The notes under the pieces are model-generated. The model was not told the origin of the DNA. It saw only the letters and a list, made by a program, of their open reading frames with translations, and did not search any database. 64,000 bases of DNA from Octopus sinensis (taxonomy: Eukaryota), in contig NC_042999.1 in the NCBI RefSeq assembly GCF_006345805.1, positions 77,066,001 to 77,130,000 on the forward strand. The letters are read 5' to 3'. The stretch's first letter is position 1; the number at the start of each line of letters is the position of its first letter. Position numbers and translations under genes: made by a program. Shown piece after piece: positions 39,911 to 52,068 of this stretch.

Positions 39911-41430
39911 TGGTTAAGGATGGTCATTCAGAGGATTTAAAAGGAATTATTTTTCACCAGCTCTCTATTTTCTTCCAGTACTGTCTCAACAATGGTGCTA
40001 CTCCGGAACAGTGGAAAACTGCCAGTGTCATTCCTCTGTTCAAAAAGGGCGACCGCACATCACCTGTCAACTATCGCCCAGTCAGTCTCACTAGCTGTAT
40101 TGCAAAACTGATGGAATCGTGTGTCAGAGAAACACTTTGGAACTTCTGGAGCTCACACAGTCTCATCCGACCCTCACAATATGGATTTGTCCCTAACTCC
40201 AACTGCAGTGATCAGCTTGTCGAGTTCCTTGAGGACATTACTCAGATCACTGACAGTGGCTCATGGGTGGATGTTGTCTACCTTGACTTTGCTAAGGCTT
40301 TCAACTCTGTGCCACACAAAAGGCTTATGGTGAAACTCTCTGCAATGGGTGTGAGGGATGACCTTTTTAACTGGTTGAAATCCTTCATTCTCAACCGAAA
40401 GGAAGTAGTCACAGTTCTAGGACAGCATTCTACACCATATGAGATGTCATCGGGTGTACCACAGGGATCTGTCCTTGGTCCCCTCTTGTTTGTGGCATAC
40501 ATTAATGACATAGATGCAAATTTAAAGAATGCCACAGTATTAAAATATGCAGACGACATCAAGCTGTACCTTGAAATCAAGAGGACAGATCCTGTTGTCT
40601 ACAGCTCTTTCCTGCAATCAGACCTGGACACAATGCAGCAATGGATCACAGACTGGCAACTGAAACTGGCTGTGGACAAGTGTACCACCATGCATTTTGG
40701 GAGAAAAAACCCTGCGTCCACATACTCCCTCCACAACACTGATATCAAGAAATCCTTATGCGAGCGTGACCTAGGCATCACTGTCAGCAGTGATTAGCGC
40801 TGGACAAAGCATATCTCTAAAATTGTCAAGAAGTCGAGGGTGTCTTGGCATCAATCAGCAAGACTTTTGTTAGCCGCTCTCCAGCCATCTATTTAAAACT
40901 GTATACAGCTATGGTACGACCACACTTGGAATTCGCATCATCAGTTTGGAACCCCTATCTTGCTCAGAACATTGACCTCCTGGAATCGGTTCAGAGACGT
41001 GCAACCAAACGCATACCCTCCATCAGACACCTACCATATTCTGAGCGCCTTGTTTCCCTGGGCATGGATTCACTGAAGCTCCGGCGTCTGGCGACGGACT
41101 TGGTAAACGCCCACAAAGTTGTCAACCACCTCACCAATAACAACACTGAACACCTTTTTGATCTCCATGTGTCTAACACACGTGGACATGCCTACAAAGT
41201 CAGAAAACAACACAGCTCCCATGACTTTCGGAAACATTTCTTCACGCTCAGAGTTGCTGAAGCATGGAATAAACTGCCTGCATCAGTTGTTGACTGCCAT
41301 GACACTGCATCCTTTAAGGCCCTCATGCTTTCCGAAATCCGTCGAAACTACACCTGATTATATATGCACTTTAGATGAGTTGTAGTGCACCTGAGCACTG
41401 TACACAATGTTTATTATTATTATTATTATT
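39911..41430 (+). mobile_element. 5'-truncated CR1/L2-group LINE with (TTA)n tail
   Basis: WKTASVIPLFKKG, NYRPVSLTS, YLDFAKAF, GVPQGSVLGPLLF, KYADDIKL, VRPHLEFASSVWNP, FFTLRVAEAWNKLP. Confidence 0.9.
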
Positions 41431-41540
41431 TGCTTTGTGTGTGTGTTATTTTTGTTCTCTGGAAATATTTTGTATATCGTGGTGGGTGTGTATATGTGTG
41501 TGTGTGTGTGTATGTTTGGTTTTGGTGGGGATGTTTTGTT

Positions 41541-41697
41541 TGTGTGTGTGATAGACCCTTATTTATTTATTAATAGTGGGTGTTTAAATATTTAGCTGTG
41601 GTTTAAATTTGTTAGCAAATTTAACAAATTTAAATCACAACTAAATATCTAAACACCCACTATTAATCAATAATTAAGGATCTATCACACACACACA
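41541..41697. repeat. Near-perfect palindrome/fold-back (~75-bp arms, ~7-nt loop)
   Basis: gtgtgatagacc..taatagtgggtgttta..tttaaatttgtta / taacaaatttaaa..taaacacccactatta..tctatcacac. Confidence 0.9.
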
Positions 41698-42657
41698 TTG
41701 TCATCAACAATTTGTCAAACCTCATTTCCAGGAGCCAAAGGACCTTAACTGATACAAAAGGAGAACATATTTATATCAGTTCCCCTCTCTCCGCTTACTT
41801 TCTTTTTCACGTTCTACTTGTCGCTGCGTACGATCACGTACGTGTGTATGTGTGCGCGCGCGTGCATTAAAAAGATAGAGAAGAGTGAGAGAAAGAGAAA
41901 GGCGAAAAAAGGGAGGGAGAAGAAGAAATAGATGAGGAAGGAAGAAAAGGGGAAAGTCCGAATGTGGAAATTAGTCTTCGTGCGTTACTTGTGTACCTAA
42001 GAAACGAAAAAGAACGGTGACAGGATGACGGAGAGGAAGAAAGAAATAATGAGTCAAATTTTAACGTAACAGAACAAGAACAAAAATTAAGAGTTCAAAC
42101 ACATAGATAAAAAGAGAGATATGAGTATGCGAGAAATAATAACATATTCTTGGATGGTCTTCTTTCGCTACATTTTCCCATTTAATATTATTTATTAAAA
42201 ATTATTTTTATAAGGCACAAAGAGAAAATGACTCTCTCCAGACACAACAGAATATACTTCAACACACGAACTCGTATAAAGAATCTTGCAGACCAAATCC
42301 AAAAACGAAATATTTTTTTTAACTTGCTACGAATCTAGTTAAATTTCTTTCAATCACTTCTAGTATTTCAAATTTTCACCAATTTTTTTTTTTTTTTTGC
42401 AAGTTTTCTACAATGATGTAATTCCTAGAAAAAATTATGCAAGCAATTTTTATCATCAGCGCGCAAAAATTGCATTTTTTTTTTTTTTTTTTTTCCTAAG
42501 TAATCTGGTAAAAATCTGAAATACTTGGTTGGTAGAAATTTAACAAGGTCCCTAGCTACTAAGTCAACAACGTTAGGATTAAACTAGCTGTAGCAAGTAT
42601 TCATTCCAGGGACGCAACTTGGACAGTAAAGTGTTATGTGTCACTTCTGTGAGTTCT

Positions 42658-42665
42658 CCACGTCA
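42658..42665 (-). promoter_or_regulatory. UPRE (XBP1s/ATF6-type element TGACGTGG)
   Basis: CCACGTCA on the + strand ~200 bp upstream of the PDIA6 ATG. Confidence 0.6.
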
Positions 42666-42679
42666 GATTAAGAAAACAG

Positions 42680-42698
42680 CCAATGGCAGGCAACCACG
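42680..42698 (+). promoter_or_regulatory. ER stress response element ERSE-I (CCAAT-N9-CCACG)
   Basis: CCAAT ggcaggcaa CCACG, exact consensus; second CCAAT box at 42711-42715. Confidence 0.75.
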
Positions 42699-42865
42699 TG
42701 AGTCTGGTAGCCAATACATACACACGGTTGTAAACACACATTCATGAGAAGAGCATTTCCACCCGGCTGAAGAAAAAAAAAATCCCGTCATTCTTATCAA
42801 GACCAGTACTACAACTGTTTGCGAATTTTTGTTTTTCTTTTCTTCCCTGTTAAATTCTTAAAATT

Positions 42866-42887
42866 ATGGAGGCTTTGCCTCTTTCCT
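42866..42887 (+). CDS. PDIA6: PDIA6 coding exon 1 (MEALPLS)
   Basis: ATG..TCCT|gtaagt; phase 1 joins exon 2 to give the signal peptide [20 protein letters not shown]. Confidence 0.7.
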
Positions 42888-45800
42888 GTAAGTAGTAATT
42901 TTCTTAAACCATTCACTTGATTATTCCTTATCTATATTTCAATGTCTCTACATTCTTTACCTCTCTGTGATATGTATGTGTATATCTATGTATGCATGCT
43001 TATATATATTGTATATAGTGAGCGGCAAGTTTTCGGCGAACCGTATCATCTTTCAAATTCTGATACTTTGGGAGTCGTTTCTGTCATACATATCTGTTTG
43101 ATTCTTGTGCGAAATGTATGAGTGCTGTAGTTCCTTCTTAACTCTTTCCTTACTCCTTTAATAAGCTGAAGATTGATGAATGACCAATGGGCTTTGAAAT
43201 TCAGCGAAATGTACATTTTATTTCTAGTTGTAAATATTATACCGATCATAACAGACATTTTTTTCATTCTTACTGACATATATACTTCCGATCTTTATAT
43301 TTATGCATTGTGTAATTAATTACATCTAATTCAACTTTCGCCCTTTATCATAGTCGTTTCTATTAAGCGATTTAGTCGCTTAACTTTTAATTAAGACGAA
43401 TGATTACTGCTAACTATAGGATAGTTCTAAAAACATGTTAGGATGTATCTAGGCATACAAACTTTGTGTGAATTTAGTTAACTATTTGGTAACCCTATTC
43501 TCTTGGGTTTTGACCATTTTCTAAGTGAAAACGCTGTCATTCAAACATCTGCTAACCAATTTGTTCGACGCTACGCTGTTTATTGTCTTTCTTAAAACAT
43601 TGTGATACTTTCTTTCTCCAAAATCCATGTTATCACTCTTTACTGTTTAATTTATTGTTATGAAATAAATTTAAATATTCTGGGGTTCGCTAAACTTCTT
43701 GTTTCTTCTTCGTATATAAGATATCAAAAGTTTTACTTTTTGAAATTATTTTGCCACTGATTTTTTTACTATGTCAAATCTAATTTTAAATATTTCAGTT
43801 ATATATCAGTTGATGACAGAAGTTTTCTTTTTAACTTTTTATAATTTATTTGAAATTATATTTCGATTCACCTTTCTGAGTTTAAAACCTTTCAGTTTGA
43901 TGTACTTGTTATATACTGATTTAAAAACAAGTTTCTACGCCTCCCTACAGAAGCCCATCGTAAATTATAAGTAACCTTACCACATACCGACTTTTCGACT
44001 GGGTTTCGATTTCCGGTTATTTCCATTACACCTATCTTGTTCACGTCCTCTAGAAAACATGAACACCATACAGTCTCATATTTTGCCTTTCAAATCTGAA
44101 GTATCTAGCTCCTGCAAGAATTGTTGTAGTATTTGCGGACTTCATGTGTTTAGCAATGTTGATGATCGTTATATATCATTACCTTTTTTTGTGAAACTGT
44201 CAAACCAGCGAAGGATCGTCTAGAGTAAGTCACCCAGGTAGAAATAGTAACCAAATCCCAAATCTTCCTCGAACTTCACACTACCATCTTAAAAAGAAAA
44301 ATTTGTGTCATGCAGTCCGAGATGCACTGTTTGACAAAAAAAGGTCTTAGGGTTAGAATGCTTTCTGTATTAGGTTTGCTTGATCAGGACTGGCGTGGCT
44401 AAACTACTTTTGTCATAAACCTTTTTTCTTTTCTTGGATCCACGTTATATGAATACTTTTCTCAAATGCAAGAATGTACCAGCACATTTTCTCATTACTA
44501 TATATCTAAGCATGCCTTTTTGTTAGTGGGGTCCGCGAGAATTATAAGTATAATCTTTATAGTTTGAAGTATGGGACCTAAGCTAAATATTAAAATATTC
44601 GCAGTGAGAAAAATATGTTTTGTGTTTAATATTTATATATGATCAAATCGAGAGCATGACGGTAATTTATCAAATGAATAATCCAGTTTCGGTTATCTAA
44701 TTTTATTTGTGCCACTCATTACCATTGGTCAGAATTCTTGCCATTCATATTTATTCTGAAGATATTCCCGACAGATGTATGATCCAAAGTCATTACCATA
44801 CTGTTTTCTTCTATAAAAGTATACCCTAAATCTGTGCTACTCAAAGTGGTGGTCTGCGGACCGGAACCGGTACGTGAGCCATCAGCTGCTAGTATGTGGT
44901 GAGTTTCCAGAAAAGAAAGAAACATTATAAAATACTTATGTAATATTGTATTATTTGTTTACAAAATAAATACAAGATAAAAAAAATTGTCAACTTTTAT
45001 ATATATTGTTTCCAGTATAAATTAATATTACTGAAAATATTACCGGTCCCTGGCGCATTGGAAAAAAACTGCTGGTACACCACATCAGATAGTTTGAGAA
45101 GCACTGCTCTAAACCACATTATATAATGTGTCCATTATGTTGTTTAATGGAGATTTAGCTGCTATTTATTGCAGGTTGAGTGAACATGGACATATTCTAT
45201 CTAGTATAGGGTTGAGTCTAGTATTGTGGCTAATAAATTCTTGTACCTGTGAAGTTGCATCACTCCCAGAAGTAAAATGACATCACCAAGAACTATAAGC
45301 CACAGAGGTTGGACAAACCAATGTTACTTTCACCAAATTGATCAGCCAAGTTATTAACCTCTTTTCAGATCAGTTGAACCAATTAGATGCCAAATCATTT
45401 TCCTTTTATCCCTAGCACTTGTTGGTAAGCTTTCACATAACTTTACAAGTTCCATTACTTTTTGGTAAAATGATTAGTAGCAGGAAAGGCGTTTAGCTGT
45501 GAAAACAACTACTTTAGATCCATTCTATCCATACTAAGTGAACAACCTTAATGTATATTATAAATCTTCATCTTCATTTTTAACATCCATTTTTCCGTGT
45601 TTGCATGATCACAGTATGTTAGGACAGATTTTCTGCAACTAGTTGTCCTTTCCCATCACCTAGCCTTACCTGTTTCCAACCACATATTTTTTCTTGGCCA
45701 GACCTGTTTTTTAGTGAGATTAAATCAATACTGCTTGTATGATGGTGACACTGGTTGATAACCATAATGTGATGACAAGACAGGCTACACACAAGGTGGT

Positions 45801-48800
45801 GATCTGGCAGAAACGTTAGCACGGAGGGCGAAGTGCTTAGCGATATTTTGTCTGCTGTTACGTTCTGAGTTCAAATTCTGCCAGGGTCGACTTTGCCTTT
45901 CATCTTTTCTGGTTGATAAATTAAGTACCAGTTATGCACTGGGGGTCGATGTAATTGACTTAAACTCTTTGTCTGTCCTTGTTTGCCCCCTCTATGTTTA
46001 GCCCCTTGTAGGCAATAAAGAAATAAGACAGGGTACACACATACATCAAGCTTCTTGCAGTTTCTATTCTATCACATTCACTCACAAGCCTTTGGTCAGC
46101 CAAGTGCTATTGACAAAGATATTTCACCAAGTTGCCATGCAGTGGGACTAAACTTGAAACCATGTGGTTGGAAAGCAAGTTTCTTAAGCACGCTTTATTT
46201 CATTTAACTGTTATGAACAGATACCCAATAATCTAGATGTATTATATGCTCTAGACTTGTGCCCTGTCACAAAGAAGCATTTGTTTTATCTGTTTAGCCT
46301 TTCATGGCCAAGTCAACAACTTATTTCCTGGAGAGGTCGTTAAGGCGTATGGAAATTATCTACGTCACCTTGTTAGAAATTCTTACCACTTTCAAAAAAA
46401 CTTACATTCAAGGAACCTTCACTCTAAGTAGTTTTTAAGTTCTAGTTGCATGATTCATCTGGTGTGTTAGTGAGAATACTGGTAAATTATTTTATCTTTT
46501 ACACAGCCTTTATTTTTCTGACATATTTTCTGGGGCTAAACAATGGACAGTAATAATATGGAGAATTTGGAATTCCCTTATAATTGTCTTTGACTCTAAG
46601 CAAGGATGCAGTCCTGTTAGCCTTGTTGATCTCATTGTTTATACTGACCATTCTTATTTCTCAGTTGAGATTAATCCCCTTTAAGAAAAACTTTTTAATT
46701 CCTACAAATATGCTGTTCTCAGAAATCCTTCCAGCAACATACATGTTAGAGAAGAGTACTTTTATTCAGTATGTATGAAATTATTAAATCCTTTTTAGAT
46801 TCATTGTCAAGTGGTCATAGCTGCTTAGAACTGGATTGAAGTAAGATGATAACCAGCTATGCTCCAACACTCACTAAACTGGGGATACTTTCTCCTTTAA
46901 ACTCTTCACTTGGTATGACATTAGTTAAACATTATTTGTTATAAAGAGAAACTAGAATACAAGAAAAACAAAATGAAAATTTGTTGTTAATAAGTATCCT
47001 TAACTTAGTGCTTATGTGATTTACTGGAACATCTTACTCATTAGACTTTATTTATAATAATTACTTTAATCTGAAACAAAAACTATTCAGTATCATTGAT
47101 CAACTATACAAATGCCATTGATCAAAGTATAAACCAGAGAGTAATCAAATTTACAAAAAATTGACTTTGTAAGATATATGATTCATGTTGTTACAAATAC
47201 AATTATAATTAAAAGTACTTGGAAAAGACAGTTAATTTAAGTACTGCAGATAAACCCTTTCATATAATACATTGTGTCTATCGGCACTCATGCTACAGTG
47301 TATTTGTGTGCCAAGTAATGGTTGTCTGGCTACACATTCAATCAACAGTTAACTTATCAAGATATTTGGCTAGTAAACACCAATGTAATTCTTCCTGGAA
47401 GAAGTAATGAAGTGGAATTCAAGTGGTTGGGACATAACTAGTGTCCCAATACAGTTTTGGTTCAATAGAGCCAAGATTATTCTTAGTGTATCTGTATAGT
47501 CAATGGGGAAAAAAGAAAATTTGTGGAACTTTGTGCAAAACAGGCAGGTTTATAATGAGGTAGGACTCACAAGAGGTTATTCTCTGAACAGTACAATGAT
47601 GGTGAGTTTCATTCATAATTATTGTTGATGAATCAAGGATACTCAACAAGGTTGATTCTTTCACCCTCCTTCTCTCTCAATGAATGAAATGGTTTTGCTT
47701 TTTTTTTATTTTAGGTTTCCTACTGCTGTTCTTTGGAGCTGCTGTTTATTCCAACCCTGTAGAACTTACACCGGACACTTTTCAATCAAAAGTAGTAAAC
47801 AGTGATTCGCTTTGGATTGTTATGTTCTATGCACCATGGTATGATCACTTTATTTCATTCACTTATAAGTTTTCTCACATTTAAAACATCAGACAAAAGC
47901 ATACAGCATTTATTACATTCTACTTCATTACAGTTCAGGCTTTGTAGAAGTTTTTGCCAAAATCACCATCCTTTACACTCATAGAAATTATGTCAGTGTG
48001 TAACTCATAAATCAAATGGAAATTCTTACCCAAAATGTCAGTTTCTACTTCATCTCACAACTCTTTATTTTTGATGGAGATGATACTAGTACAGATCATC
48101 ACTAACTTACAATTATTGTGACTGTCCTCATTTATTTCACAACTCTCAGTTGGGTTTCGGTTCATAGAAATAGACTAAATCAACTTTGGAAGAAGCATTT
48201 AGGTCTGTAATCCTCACAAATAACATGACTCAAGTAATCTAATCATGTAGACAAACTAAAAAATGTTATTACAGACTCATTCATCTCATAAAATATATTA
48301 AAGATTGAATTATTTCAAGGGCATTTATTTCTGTAATCAAAATGTTGCATCAATTTTATCCATGATCTGGGCATGGTGTCTAATACTGATTTCAATTTTT
48401 GGCAAAAGGCCAGCAATTTCAGGGGAGAGGGTTTGTTCATTTACATCAGCCCCAATGCTCAACTGGTATTTTATCAACCCTGAAAGGATGAAAGGCAAAG
48501 TCAACCCCAACAGCATTCTATTCCATTCTGCTTCATTCAGTTTTAAGACCACTTAAAGTAGTAATGGCTTTGTCTAGTGCTGTTATCATGCTAGACCCAA
48601 TCCGAACAATCACGCTAGAAATGCCCCCAAGAACTTGTGTAGTAAACACCTGTGGCACAGGCAGCAATATACTCCTATAAAAGTTGGTACAGTGAAAGCT
48701 TGTTTGTGCAGCAAGCTGTACATAAGAATGTGTTTATTTATTGGACAAGATATAATGTAGTTTTAATTATATACTTTAACAAAATACAACTAAACTCTTG

Positions 48801-51800
48801 TATTTTACTTTTTTATTTCATTGCTAATAACTTGGCTTTTAACATCTCAACTGTCAGATATATAATAGTAAAATATTGATTTTTTTTTTTTTACTATTAT
48901 AAATATTTTGTTTTACTGTAGTTACATTTGCAGCTGTTCAAAATTCTATTTTTCATGTCATTTGGTATGAGATTATAGCATTAGTTTTTAGTCTTTTCCC
49001 TCATTTAGCATAAACTAAATGAGATTTGTGAAGTATATTTGCCATCTAAATATGGCTAACCACTAAGGGTGGATGTTACTGTAGCTTGTAGCCCCAGGAG
49101 AACATCTCCAGCTGGCTATTGACAAACTTTCTGTGCCCTATTGGTATTTGCAAAGGGAAGCCACCCTTCCCATCGTCAACCTACATGATATGCACAGACC
49201 CGGGTTTCTGGTTATTGACCTGTCATCAGCGCACAACAATCACTGGTCTTCAATGCGAAAGGGGTCCCAATGCAAATACATATATCCTTTTTCCAATGAC
49301 TTTTCGTCACTGATCTTTAAAAAGTGTAAACAAGCAATAATAAATCTCTGAACAAGGTATAGACAGTAGGTCACATAGGTCGACGATGGGAAGGGGGGGC
49401 TTCCCTTTGCAAATACTGATAGGGCACAGAAAGTGTGTCAATAGCCAGCTGGAGATGTTCTCCTGGGGCTACAGTAACATCCACCCTTAATGGTTAGCCA
49501 TATTTAGATGGCAAATATACTTCACACTGTCGCGCAGTTACTGTCTATACCTCGTTCAGAGATTTATTATTAGATGAGATTTCATTTTCATTTAAACCTA
49601 GTTTTCTTGACATCAACAATGTTTCTTTAACCCATTGCATTTTGGGAGGCATTGCAAACCTTGTAGTGATTCATAGAAATATACTTCTGTGGTTTCCTGC
49701 ACCCAGCTCATCGAAGGGTTTGAAACATTGCTATTAAAGTATCTCATAAACTTAATGCACATTTCATATATTAGCTAAGAGATCTTCTACATAGCCATTT
49801 GACCAGCTAAATGTAACAGCCATATCTCCCCAATTACACTCTGTCTTAAAACAGTGGAGTGTAATTTGACAATTCTTAAGATTCCACTATCTTCAAAACA
49901 GAAAAGATACATCTGGATAGTCATAACAGGAATATCTCTGACTGTATGACTGCTCAGACAATTCTACTATAATAATCTTTTCTACTATAAGCACAAGGCT
50001 CTGAAAGAATGAATGGCAAAGTCAACCTCAGCAGAATTTGAACTCAGAACATAAAGACGGGTGAAATGCCGCTAAGCATTTTGTGTGGAGTGCTAACAAT
50101 TCTGCCAGCTTGCTTACCTTCAAAAGCTACCTTCTCAAGTAATGCAGACTCATAAGGGCTGATTTCTATGGTGTATAAATTCGCCACCTGAATGGGACAT
50201 CAGTCCGTCAAAGGATTACCCATTTTTGCCAGCTGAGTGAACTGAAGCAACATGAAATGAAATGTTTTGCTCAAGAACATAATACGTCGCCTGGTCCAGA
50301 ATTCAAAATCATAATCTTTTAATCATGAGTCCAACACCTTAACCACTAAGCCATACATCTCCGCACAATTCTACTATAATAATAATATGTTTGTTTTTGG
50401 TTAATCTTTTTTTAGGTGTGGACATTGCCAATCCTTTAAACCTGAATTCACTAAAGCTGCTGAAATTTTAAAGGTAAGCACATTTGGCATTAGGGAAGGT
50501 ATCCAGCCATAGAAACTTTACCAAATCAGACTGGAATTTGGTGCAGCTCTCCAGCTTACCTATTCTACTATAACCCATGGGACAGCAGACGTTAAATGAT
50601 GATGATATGTAATGAAAACTAAATTCTTTTTTCAGTTCCCCCTTTTTTACTTAAGTAAAGTTACTGTTTCCCAATATTAACTGCTTTCTATGCCAGTGTA
50701 AATAAGAGATTTGCCACTTGAGCATCATCATCATCATCATCATCTAAAGCCCATCTTCTATGCTGGCATGAGTGTTTTTGTTAGGATTCATGGGTCTGAG
50801 GACTGCATTCTATTCCAATGTCTGCTTTGGCATAGTTTCTACAGCTGGATGTCCTTCCTAATGCTGACCACTTACATCTACTGCATGCTTTTTTGATGAC
50901 ACCAACACCAGTGAGGTTACCATACAGTTCATAAGGCTATGGTCTCCTTCAACTGAGTGGGACTAGAGTAGAATAAAGTAGCTTTAGCTTGAAGAAAATG
51001 GGTTAAAATATGAAAAAAAAAGTGGCGTCGGGATAGAACAGGTTTCTTGCTGTAGAGGAGATACATAGCTACTCACATAAGAGAAGAGTGGATAGAAGTA
51101 ACTGGAATGGAGTTGGAAAGAGATAAAATACAGGTGATGAATAGGCCTCGAGGCATGTGGTGAGTGGAGACAGAAGAAGGAGTGTGTATGGGTAGAAGCT
51201 GTAAAAGTATATGGTGTGAGTGGTTAGAGATGGGGGATGGATGAGGTGGTGAATATAATGAAGAACAGGAGTTGAGTGATTGATGGTAAATACATGGAGG
51301 GAAGGTAGAGAAGAGTAAGTGATGACTAAAGATTTGATAAGGTCCAGGGTTGGAAGTAGTGAATGGTGGACAAGATTGGAGAGGTGATCAATGATCATAT
51401 ATGATGTGGACAAAGTAGGGAAGATGAGCTAACTTACAGTACAGAAGTGGGTGAAGAGTAGCAGAATAGTAATAATAATACAGTAGACAGTAAGGATGAG
51501 AGAGATGATGTGTATGGATAGGTTGCATGCATGGAGAGAATTAGAGATGTATAGTGATTGAAGAGGAGAGATAATCTAGTAGCACAGAAGAGTGATCAGT
51601 GTAAAATGTGTGTGGTGAGAGGCAATCATTATCATCATCAAACATCCGTTCTCCATGCTGGCATGGGTTGGACAGTTTGACAGAGACTGTTCAGACTCCA
51701 ACTGTCTGTTGTGGCATGGTTTCTACAGCTGGATGCTCTTCCTAAAACCAACTACTTTAGAGTGTGCTGGGTATTATATACCACCAGCAATATTAAGACT

Positions 51801-52005
51801 TAAGGATGGATGACAAGTAAAGTGGCTCCAGGAAGAAAGAGAGATGACTGGTATTACATAGCAAGGTGATGAAATGTTCAGTTCTGTTCTCATTTAAATA
51901 CAGCAGCTGAATACTAAAGTTATGAAGGAAATAGAAAGAACAGTAATAGTGATGGTACTAAATGGGGAAAGATTGAGAAGGAAATTGTGTAAGGTTATAA
52001 GTCTA

Positions 52006-52068
<63 letters not shown>

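Noticed and set aside
41780-42240. Possible divergent first exon on the minus strand (gtaagc donor near 41798)
   Set aside because: Only a single donor-like hexamer in low-complexity purine-rich sequence; no ORF or other support
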